Part shown: in pieces, positions 1 to 9,013 of the stretch
How positions within the stretch are numbered: the stretch's first letter is position 1
Layout of the letters: every line of letters begins with the position of its first letter
From: Thecamonas trahens ATCC 50062
Taxonomy: Eukaryota > Protista > Apusomonadida
Assembly: GCF_000142905.1 (NCBI RefSeq)
Contig: NW_013657668.1
Location: forward strand, 1-46,994
DNA length: 46,994 nucleotides
Direction of reading: 5' to 3'
The notes under the pieces: generated by a model
Database searches by the model: none
Told to the model about the DNA's origin: nothing
Seen by the model: the letters and a program-made list of their open reading frames with translations, nothing else
Made by a program: the position numbers and the translations under genes

Positions 1-819
1 CACTCACCGTGCACTATCACCAGTACAAATATCGCCGTCATCCATTCCCATCTTCCTCGGCTCACTTGCGTGTTGACTTGTTTGCCCTAGGCGGTTGAGC
101 ACGTCCTCGACCGCCCGACCCCGCACATGCCCCCCACCAACCTCATTACCAGCTATGACTAATCTGATTTCACTACTATTCTACTACATACACACACTAC
201 GTTCATGCACAATCTCCAATCCACAGCTGCAGTATTCCAGAATCGGAGTTCTGCCGGCTCGGCCCCAGTTGTTGGCCCTGTGTCCCTTCGATGCTGCTGA
301 CCCCTCCTCCGCGGGCCCATCTCCGACCCCCACTCCCCAACCTGTCCACCCACAACCACCACACCAACACCCCACATACTCACTACCCCTGCAAACATAG
401 CCACCCACTTCCCGTTCCCCGATACGTACATCAGCCGACGCCAACCCGTCAACAGCATCGCTGCCGGCCGCCTGCTGCTGACCGCTGACCGCCGCCCGCC
501 GCCGACCGACCACCGCCGGCACCACCGAGAGCAAGCTAGCCATCGACAGGGCATTGGAGGCCATGCATACGGATAGCCACATCATTGGCAATGCCTACCA
601 GTCCACTCTCCAACCCACTTCTCCCCTCCCTCCTCCGGCCTTGCCCATCACAGCCCCCACCGGCCTGCTCATCGCCAGCCGCCCCTGCCGCCGACCACCG
701 AGCCAGACGACGAGGCCCATGGACTGGCCATGGCGTGGAAGAACAAGAGAGGCAAGCACGATCGATAAGCAATACAATGATGGGCTAGAGTGCAGTGGTC
801 TGCCTTGTCTTCCAATCCC

Positions 820-2484
820 ATGCCCTCGTCTCCATCGACGTCCATCTCAACCCAATCCATCCCGCCCTCCTCGCCCTTGCCGCCCAAGTACCTGCCTCCG
901 TCATCTCACACATCCCCTGCCCCAACCCTGCGCGTGGTCATCTCTCATCCCACACTGCAGACAGTACAAATATCACCATCATCCGCCACCATCCACTCTC
1001 ACTTGCACAGCCTCGTCGCGAATGCCATTCCGCCAACTTTCGCGCCATTTCTGTGCCAGCCCGCCACCCACCCTTCTCTTCCTCAACGCCCCACCAGCAG
1101 ACGCACACACACCTTCCGGGGCCACATACCCCTTCCTTCTGTTATCATGTCTTATGTTAATTACTACTACTACATGCATGGCATCACGCCGCCGTCCCCG
1201 TCACCGCCGCCCTCGCCGCCTCTCTCGCTGCTCTCGTCGCCGCCGGCCGCACCGAGTGCCCTGCATGCATCGCTTGGTGTCATCTACGACGACCGCATGC
1301 TTGCCCACGCGCCCAAGTACACCGGCCATCCCGAGCGGCCTGAGCGCTTGACCGCTGTTATGGACCGCCTCCGCGCCGACGCGCTCCTCGACTCGGCTCG
1401 CGTCATGGCCGGCGTCGAAGCCGATGAGGACGACCTTGCGCTCGTCCACTCTCGCGAGCACATTGCCCAGGTCCAGGGTCTCAGCGCACTGCCGCAGCGC
1501 GAGGCCCGGCTCCTCATGCGCAAGCTTGACTCTATTTATTTTAACGAGCTCTCGCCGCTGGCAGCCTCGGTCGCCGCCGGCTCGACTGTCGCCATCACCC
1601 ACGCCGTACTGGCTGGCGAGCTTGATGCTGGCGTTGCCGTCGTTCGTCCGCCTGGCCACCACGCCGAGCCAAGCGAGACCAAGGGCTTTTGTTTCTACAA
1701 CAACGTTGCTGTCGCTGCTGCTGCGGCGCTCAAGTCTGGCGCAGCCTCCCGTGTCCTCATTCTCGACTGGGACGTTCACCATGGCAACGGGACCCAACGC
1801 ATGTTTGAGTACTCTCCCGACGTGCTTTACATCTCGCTTCACCGTTTTGACCACGGCCGCTTCTATCCGGGCACTCGCTACGGAGGACCGACCTCGATTG
1901 GCTTTGGTGCCGGTAAGGGCTACTCGGTCAACATCGGCTGGAATCATCGCGACTTCCGGCCTCGCCCCAAGGCCTTTGTCTTCGACATGAGCCCAGACGC
2001 TCCCGACGCGCCTGCCGAGCCCGACGAACCCGAGACTCCGGCCCACAATACCGCTCCGGGCGATGCGGAGTACATGGCGGCCTTCAGCTCGCTCGTCATG
2101 CCCATTGCCACCGAGTTTGATCCCGATCTCGTCCTCATCTCCGCCGGCTTTGATGCTGCTGTTGGTGATCCGCTCGGCGAGTGCGAGGTCACACCACAAG
2201 GGTATGCGTTTATGGTTCATGCACTCTCATCGCTGCCGTCGGCCAAGGTTGTCATCGCCCTCGAGGGCGGCTACAACCTGGAAGCCATCTCTGTCTCGAT
2301 GTCAGCGTCCGTGTCTGCACTTGTCGACGCTGCTGCGCCCGACGGGCCCGATACCTCGGCCAGCGGGCCGTCCGGCTCGTCGCCACCTCTCCTTGCGCCG
2401 CATCCATCTGCCCTCCGCTCCATCGCCACTGTAGCTGCTGTCCTTGCGCCACACTGGAAGTGCTTGCCGGATCCGTCGTCGTAG
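820..2484 (+). CDS. Class II histone deacetylase (HDA1/HDAC6/HDAC10-like, single catalytic domain)
   Basis: Motifs HPERPERL, RPPGHHA, GFCFYNN, DWDVHHGNGTQ, SAGFDAAVGDPLG, LEGGYN. Start uncertain (ATG 820 or 1147). Confidence 0.93.
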   Translation: MPSSPSTSISTQSIPPSSPLPPKYLPPSSHTSPAPTLRVVISHPTLQTVQISPSSATIHSHLHSLVANAIPPTFAPFLCQPATHPSLPQRPTSRRTHTFRGHIPLPSVIMSYVNYYYYMHGITPPSPSPPPSPPLSLLSSPPAAPSALHASLGVIYDDRMLAHAPKYTGHPERPERLTAVMDRLRADALLDSARVMAGVEADEDDLALVHSREHIAQVQGLSALPQREARLLMRKLDSIYFNELSPLAASVAAGSTVAITHAVLAGELDAGVAVVRPPGHHAEPSETKGFCFYNNVAVAAAAALKSGAASRVLILDWDVHHGNGTQRMFEYSPDVLYISLHRFDHGRFYPGTRYGGPTSIGFGAGKGYSVNIGWNHRDFRPRPKAFVFDMSPDAPDAPAEPDEPETPAHNTAPGDAEYMAAFSSLVMPIATEFDPDLVLISAGFDAAVGDPLGECEVTPQGYAFMVHALSSLPSAKVVIALEGGYNLEAISVSMSASVSALVDAAAPDGPDTSASGPSGSSPPLLAPHPSALRSIATVAAVLAPHWKCLPDPSS

Positions 2485-2497
2485 CTGTAGCCGCTGC

Positions 2498-3889
2498 TCA
2501 CGCCTCGATCAACTTGTTATACTGCTCAAGCGCGTACACCACGGCGTCGAGCGTGTCGCAGAGGTGGACAACGGTCTCGGCCACCTTGCCGGGCCCGGTC
2601 GTCATCATCAGCATCTCAAATGCGGCTGCAGCCTCGTTCGCAAACACCTGCGCCCGCACCGAGTACACCGGAAGGTCAAACTCGAGGAACTCGGCCGGCT
2701 CCGCCAGCTCGTTGTTGATGTTGTTGATGAGCTCGCCGAGCGTCCGCATGGCGAACATGTCCAGCTCCTCCTTCGACTTGCGGCACGCCTTGGCCACACG
2801 CCGGCCGGCATACACCGCAGCTTCGGCAGACTCGACAAGCGCCACAAGGATCTCCTTGCGCTTGCGGAGATCCTCGAGGTCGCCGCGCGTCACTTCCTCG
2901 TCAAACTCGTCCTCGTCCTCGGTCGACGACGACGACGATTCACCCGCGTCCTCACGCGCCTGCTTCTGCACAGACGACAGGATCGCGTCGGCAATCGCAC
3001 CAGCGAGCGCCGACTGGCGCTTCGGCGACCGCAGGTCACCAGCGTCGTCCGACCCACGCCGCCGCTTGCGCGTCCGCCGCCCGGAAGCCGCAGCCGCAAC
3101 ATCCTCGGCCTCGCGCGCCGCCGCGTGCTCAAGCAGCAGCCCCTCAATCTCCTCCGAGTCGACATCCGACCCGACCTCAATCTCGATCACGCCCGACTCC
3201 GACTCCGAGTCGGTCTCATCATCGTCTGTCGACTCGCCCTCCACAGCCACAAGGTTGCCGGCCGCCACCTGCTCCTCCAGGAACGCGTTGAGCTCGTCCT
3301 CGTCCACATCCGACCCGATCTCGATGGTCACAAGCTCCTGCTCGCCGTCATCCGACTCATCGTCCGACTCGGACGACTCGCCCTCCATCGCAATGAGGTT
3401 GCCGGTCGCAGCCTGCTGCTCGAGGAACTCGCGGAGGTCGTCCTCGTCGACGTCCGACCCGATCTCAATCTCCACAATCTCGCCGTCGTGCTCGTGGTCG
3501 TCCGAGTCCGAGCTTGACTCATCCTCGTCCGACTCGGAATCAATGCGCTCGACAGCCACCACGTTGCCGACCGCCGCCTGCTGCTCGATGTAGTCACGCA
3601 CGTCGTCAGAGTCAACGTCCGAGCCGAGGTCAATCTCCACAACCTCGTCGTCCTCATCCGAGTCCGACGCGCTGCCCGAGCCCGACACCGGCTCCACATC
3701 AATAATGTCCTCCTCGTTCAGCTCCTCAGAGCCGCCCGCCTCAGAGTCGGCGTCCGACGCCACCGCGTACAGCACAGGCTCGTCCGAGTCGAGCACCACA
3801 AGCCGTTCCGAGACCGATGACGTCGACGAGTCCGACGACGAGCCCGACTGCGGGACAATCACAACATGCGAAGAACGGTGGGGAGACAT
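2498..3889 (-). CDS. Hypothetical acidic protein with four internal repeats of about 45-50 aa and a helical C-terminal domain
   Basis: Long ORF with coding-like codon bias; ATG at 3889 (MSPHRSS); repeats of the form (V/I)EI(E/D)xGSDVDxDx(L/V)xx(F/Y)(L/I)EQQAAxGN(L/V)VAVE. Confidence 0.75.
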   Translation of the reverse strand: MSPHRSSHVVIVPQSGSSSDSSTSSVSERLVVLDSDEPVLYAVASDADSEAGGSEELNEEDIIDVEPVSGSGSASDSDEDDEVVEIDLGSDVDSDDVRDYIEQQAAVGNVVAVERIDSESDEDESSSDSDDHEHDGEIVEIEIGSDVDEDDLREFLEQQAATGNLIAMEGESSESDDESDDGEQELVTIEIGSDVDEDELNAFLEEQVAAGNLVAVEGESTDDDETDSESESGVIEIEVGSDVDSEEIEGLLLEHAAAREAEDVAAAASGRRTRKRRRGSDDAGDLRSPKRQSALAGAIADAILSSVQKQAREDAGESSSSSTEDEDEFDEEVTRGDLEDLRKRKEILVALVESAEAAVYAGRRVAKACRKSKEELDMFAMRTLGELINNINNELAEPAEFLEFDLPVYSVRAQVFANEAAAAFEMLMMTTGPGKVAETVVHLCDTLDAVVYALEQYNKLIEA

Positions 3890-4141
3890 GGTTGAAGGGT
3901 AACTAGCTACGACTTGCTTGACAAACAGCGTGGGAAAGTTGGGTGTCGGCTGGTCTGCTGTCGTGGCCAACAGTGCACAGGGGGGGGGGAGGAGCCGAGC
4001 TGCGGATGGATGGATGAGGATGGATGGATGCAATGCGACTCGGTCGCCCAAGCCAAACTTTCACTTTCGCCCAACTGACGGGACGATGACGACGTTGGCT
4101 GGTTGGTGGCCCGGCCCGAGTCCGCTGTCGCTGCCGAGCAG

Positions 4142-6760
4142 CTAGTCTCCCGACGGCCGCGACGACGGCAGCGGCGGCGGCGGTGGCATGACAATCGGCG
4201 GCAAATGGCTCGGCGGCCCGCCGCTCCCGCTGCCAGGCCCATGGCCGCCTACGTGCTGGCTCGGCAGCACGTGGCTCGACGGCGGATGCATGCTGCCAGA
4301 CATCAGGCGCGAGGAGAACGGCATCACCTGCGAGGACATGGCCTCGGACGGCGGCGCCGGGACCGGTCCGGATCCCTTCTCGCTCTTGCGCTTGCTCCGC
4401 ATCGGCCGCAGGAACGGGTCCGAGACGAGCGTAAGCACGTCGGGCCGCGCATGCTGCGAGTACTCGAGGCAGCGCTTGATGAACGCCTTGGCCTCCTCAG
4501 AGACCTGCGGCTTGGACGGGAAGACAACCTGCCGCGCGTTGATGATCACATTGTCCTTCAGCAGGTTCTTCTGCGAGAGGTCGTTGCCAAACGGCTTGCG
4601 CCCATACAGCATCTGGAAGAGGAGGACGCCCACCGACCACACGTCGACCTTGGACGAGATTGTCGGTGGGGACGGTCCCACCACAAAGCACTCGGGTGGG
4701 AGGTACCAGTACGTCCCGGCGCCCTGCGAGGTCAGCTCCATGTTCGACGCCTCAGACTCCATGATCTTGGAAAGGCCAAAGTCGGTCACCTTGGCCATGC
4801 CAAACTTGTCAAACAGAATGTTCGCAGGCTTGAGGTCGTAGTGGATGACCGGCCGCTCCAGCCGGTTAATGTACGTGAGAGCAGACATGATCTGCGCCGT
4901 AATCGACCTCGCCGCCCGCTCCGGCAGCTTCTTCCGCTGCTTGAGCACTTCGTCGAGGTCCGAGCCCTCGCAGTACTCGAGGACCGTGCAGAACGAGTTG
5001 CGGTCGATCTCAAAGACGTCAAAGAGCGAGACAATGTTGGGGTGGCCCAGGTTGTGGTGGATCTGGTACTCGCGGATGGCGTGCCGCGTGTAGTTGGACT
5101 TTTTCTCATCCGACCAGTGGCCCGAGAGCTGGTGAATCTTGCATGCCACGTACCGCAGCTCCTCGAGGTCAAACGCTTTGTACACTTCCGAGAACCCGCC
5201 CTTGCCGAGCAAGTTGAGCAGCATGTACCGCGAGTTGAGAATCTGCTGCTGGTTGAACGGCGAGTTGTCCTCGTCGTGCGCTCGCCGCAGATCGCGGATG
5301 AGCACGTGCTTTTCGGCCTCGAGCCGCTCGCGTGCGTGGAACAGCTCTCCCTCCTCCTTCTTGGCCTTTTGCAGCTCGAGCCGGAGCACCTCCTCGTAGT
5401 GCACCACAGACTCGGAGCTCACCAGCGTCCCCGCCGGGAACGCATCCGACGACGTCTCGTCCTGCACAAGCACCTGCGTCCCGCCACCGATCCCCCCAAG
5501 CGCCATCGGCTTCAGCTCCACCACCGGCGGCGACTTGACTCCGCCGGGCACAGACGATGCCCCGGTCGAGAGCTTGCTCTTGTGCTTGAGCTTCGACAGC
5601 TTCTTGCGTTCCTTCTCCAGCGCCTCCTTGCGCGCACCGAGCCGAGCAAGCTTCATCTGCAGCTCCAAAAACTCGAGCCCGTCCTGCCACACCTCCACCA
5701 CCTGGTGCCCGTGCCGCTCGCGCGTGATGTATCCCAGCCGCGCCTGCGCCTGCTTCAGCCGCCGCCGCTCCTCAAACATCGCCGTCCGCGTCTGCTCCAC
5801 AAGCATGTCGATCAGCAGCGACGTCATTCGCGACGTCCGCGACTTGTACCGCGACTCAAACTCGTTTCGCTGCTGCACAACGTGCGAGAGCTGCATTTCA
5901 AGCTCGGAAATCCGGGCGCTCGCTGCCGCTGCCGCGGCGCTCGCCGCCGCAGTCTCGGCCTCGGTCGGCTCGCGCGAGCCCGAAACAGACGTCGACCGCA
6001 GCCGCTGCCGCTTCGACATCCGCTCGTCCTCCTCGGGCGGGACAGAGCCCGACGACGACGGCGAGCCGCCGCGCCCATTCGACCGCGACCGCTTGCGCGA
6101 GCCCGCTCCCTTGGACCCTGAACTCCGTCCGGGTGACGACGGCGACGCCTCGTTCGGCTGCGCCGCCGCCTGCGCTTTCTCGATCCGAGAAAATCTCTGC
6201 CGAATCTGCTTTGCAGACCGGTTGAGCTGCTTCTCGCTGACAATCCGCTCCCAGTCCTTGCCGAAATCGCGGACGCCAGCCACAATCGCCCAGTCCTCCT
6301 CTTTGGAAAACCGCTTGCCGCGCGACTTGATCGCGCTTGCGCTTGCGCTCGTGTTCGACCCGCTCAGCAGCAGCGGGTGCGTCATCGGGTTCGCCGCAGA
6401 CGGGTGCGTCACACGCGGCCCGCCGGGCTTCTCGGGCTCGCCAAACGATGCCCCGCCTGGCCCGGCCACAGGATACCGCAGCTGCTGCAGCGCAAGCGGA
6501 ACAGCCCCGCCGCCGGGCAAAGACGGTGGCCGCACCCCGCCGCTGGCCCGCACCGGCGACGACGACGCCGCAGCCGCTTCCGCTGCAGACACCGACTCGG
6601 CCGACGCCACACGCGGCACAAGGTCCATCATGCCCGACGAAATGGGCTTGCCCTGCATCCGCGCCTCAAGTAGACTCCGACGGTGGTCCGTTAGCCCGTG
6701 CGAGCTGCTCGCCACAGGCCCTCTGCTCAGCCCACGCGTGTCCGACGACTGCTGAGCCAT
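4142..6760 (-). CDS. TLK: Tousled-like Ser/Thr kinase with an N-terminal Myb/SANT-like domain
   Basis: TLK-diagnostic kinase motifs LGKGGFSEVYKAFDL, YVACKIHQL, HYDLKPANIL, TDFGLSKIM, ELTSQGAGTYWYLPPECF, ISSKVDVWSVG; upstream coiled coil with EVWQDG. Confidence 0.95.
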   Translation of the reverse strand: MAQQSSDTRGLSRGPVASSSHGLTDHRRSLLEARMQGKPISSGMMDLVPRVASAESVSAAEAAAASSSPVRASGGVRPPSLPGGGAVPLALQQLRYPVAGPGGASFGEPEKPGGPRVTHPSAANPMTHPLLLSGSNTSASASAIKSRGKRFSKEEDWAIVAGVRDFGKDWERIVSEKQLNRSAKQIRQRFSRIEKAQAAAQPNEASPSSPGRSSGSKGAGSRKRSRSNGRGGSPSSSGSVPPEEDERMSKRQRLRSTSVSGSREPTEAETAAASAAAAAASARISELEMQLSHVVQQRNEFESRYKSRTSRMTSLLIDMLVEQTRTAMFEERRRLKQAQARLGYITRERHGHQVVEVWQDGLEFLELQMKLARLGARKEALEKERKKLSKLKHKSKLSTGASSVPGGVKSPPVVELKPMALGGIGGGTQVLVQDETSSDAFPAGTLVSSESVVHYEEVLRLELQKAKKEEGELFHARERLEAEKHVLIRDLRRAHDEDNSPFNQQQILNSRYMLLNLLGKGGFSEVYKAFDLEELRYVACKIHQLSGHWSDEKKSNYTRHAIREYQIHHNLGHPNIVSLFDVFEIDRNSFCTVLEYCEGSDLDEVLKQRKKLPERAARSITAQIMSALTYINRLERPVIHYDLKPANILFDKFGMAKVTDFGLSKIMESEASNMELTSQGAGTYWYLPPECFVVGPSPPTISSKVDVWSVGVLLFQMLYGRKPFGNDLSQKNLLKDNVIINARQVVFPSKPQVSEEAKAFIKRCLEYSQHARPDVLTLVSDPFLRPMRSKRKSEKGSGPVPAPPSEAMSSQVMPFSSRLMSGSMHPPSSHVLPSQHVGGHGPGSGSGGPPSHLPPIVMPPPPPLPSSRPSGD

Positions 6761-7462
6761 GTTGAAAATCGTCGAAACTCGTCAACCTTGCCCTCCTCCG
6801 CCGCTCTCAAGACGCCTGCTGTCGCCCTCTGCTGATCACACACGCACGCTACCTGAACCCGTTCTGCTCTTGCAGTCCTCAAAGGCTACTACTCCTGCAA
6901 CCACTGCTCTGCTTCCCGCTACACGCCGGGAGGAACGTCAAGTGATGTCCAAACTTTCCCCCCTTCCTCGCCCCTCTCCCAATCACTCGGAATGAACTAT
7001 GCAATCGTCCAAACGTGTTTTGTGTGACGACGGCAATTACGCCAACAGGCGTCCCGATCTCCACACCGCCATCTTGCTCACTCGATGCTCCATCAGCGCC
7101 TCCTCTACTCTAATATCTTCTGATCATAGCCCCTACATTTGCCTTCCCTTCTCCGACCCTCCTGCTTGCCTCCTCCCTCCCCCCTCCGGCTTCTCCCCGA
7201 GTGTGCCCTGGTCTGGTTTCTCGCTCAATGGGGTGATGTGTTTTCTTTCTCTGGAAATGCCCTCGCCCGCTGGGCACCTCGGCGTCTTGCGCCTCGCTCC
7301 TACGACGAGGCACATTGTCTTGCCGTCTGCACGCCGAGACACATGGACGTCTTGGCGGATCGCAAGACGGGGGAGCCTGACGGCAACATCGCCGCCGGCG
7401 ATGGCGGCAAGCTCGGCTAGCGCGCCACGTGCAAAGTGGTTGGTTGGATAGCTACCGACCAG

Positions 7463-7891
7463 CTACGCCATCGGCTGCTGCGGCGGCGCCATTGAGCCGT
7501 TCATCATAGCAAATGCCGTCTGACGCTCGAGCTCGATGGCGAGCGGGACGACGGCCACTACAAACGACGAGCCCACAATCCATGCGTAGCGCCCAAGCTG
7601 GAGCGCAGCGACCTTCGAGTGCTTCCAGATCCACTGCGACCACTCCTGGAGCGGCGTCTGCTCAACAGTAAGCTGCTTGGCTACTCCATTGTCGCCGCAA
7701 TGGCTCCCTAGGTAAGTCCTGCGCCCCTGTGCCTGCGCTACAGTACCCCCTTTGCGTCTCCGCCTTGATCCCCTCCGTCGCACGACCCGCCAGCCGCACA
7801 CAACCGCACATGGACCCTAACACACCCTCGCCCTCGCTCCATAGAGGGCCACGCCTCCCCACGCCCTCCCGCTTCACGTACTCTCAGACAT
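7463..7891 (-). CDS. TOM22: Mitochondrial import receptor Tom22 (short form), two exons
   Basis: TM segment AWIVGSSFVVAVVPLAIELERQ matches the Tom22 W..TT/SS.....P...E.E signature. Micro-exon ATGTCTGAGA (7891-7882) is followed by a GTACGT donor; several phase-compatible acceptors lie between about 7680 and 7740. Confidence 0.72.
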
Positions 7892-8383
7892 GGTGAGTGG
7901 TGGAATCAAGTGTATCGCCTCTCCTGCGACTGTCCTCCGCCCCCCCCCTCCCCCGTTTGCCGCCTCTCGCCGGCACTTGTCCGATGACGCGCCGCCAGCC
8001 GCCCATCATCATCACGCCATCCCCTCCATGCGCCCCCATCACCACCACTTCCGTCACTGCAATGCAACCAACCTTGCCACATGTGTGCGGCTTCGTCCGA
8101 ACTTCTCTCGCTTCTCTCCCAAACTGCTCTGATCGGCGCACCGTAGCCCTTGACCGTCCCGATCCTACCTCATACCTGACCCCAGTGCCCGCTCCCGCCC
8201 GCAACCATCTGCTCCCGCTCCATCCGCGCCATACTCATGCCGCTTCCCTCTCTGGTGCCTTGTATTGCCAAATCGCTTGCCTGCTGTCCTGCTGAGAAGC
8301 ATAGCTGCACAAGCCACCCGTCACGAGTTTTGCCCGCCCACCCTGCCACCACCACCTCTCCCACACACCCATACTTGTAGACC

Positions 8384-8910
8384 ATGAGCAGTCCCGCCGA
8401 CTTCATCATTCTCTCTGACGAGACCGTCACCATGCTTCGGGAGCTCTTCTCTGCTCTCGACCAGGACGGCGACGCGGTCCTTACCGCCAACGACTTTTCC
8501 TCGCCTTTCAATGGCCGTGTACGTTACCTGCTCAAGGTTGCGCTGGTGAGGAGGGGCAGGCGAAATGGAAAAAACCGCGACTCACCTTCCCCCCTCTCTG
8601 CCCCCTCACCCTCTTCCCCCCCCCCCTTCCTCCCCTCCCACCCCTGCACATCCGCACTTTACAGATGAACGATGTTGGTCGGCAGAAGTTCATCATGCTC
8701 CTCGAGAACTTTGACCAGGACGGCGACGATTGCATCGAGTTCCCTGAGTTTATCTACGGCTTCAAGGCCATGGCTGCAAACACCGCCGCCCCCACCCTTC
8801 TTGGCGTCGAGGGCCTCACCTACGGCGAGATCATCGCCAAGCTCCAGATCGCTGCCAATGAGCTCATCTTTGAGTTTGCCCAAGAGCTCTTCCAGGCCAT
8901 CTCGTCCTAA
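8384..8910 (+). CDS. Small two-EF-hand calcium-binding protein, two exons (intron 8519-8664)
   Basis: EF loops DQDGDAVLTAND and DQDGDDCIEFPE; GTACGT donor and TTACAG acceptor join in phase 0. Confidence 0.85.
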
Positions 8911-9013
8911 ACCGCACACCACCCGTAGCCCGCCCCTTTCCCCCCCCTCCCCTCTCGCACCCCTCACACCCCACTCCCACCCAGGAACCCCTCACACGCA
9001 CACGCACACATAC

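Noticed and set aside
1-600. Possible multi-exon minus-strand gene (GTACGT donor near 429, short ORFs 159-554 and 184-591)
   Set aside because: No recognisable product and no exon chain I could establish; it may continue beyond the window edge.
2181-6755. Long plus-strand ORFs (2181-3593, 4103-6121, 5535-6755) and similar ORFs opposite most genes
   Set aside because: Antisense or alternate-frame shadows expected from high GC3 codon bias; translations are Arg/Ser/Ala-rich with no motifs.
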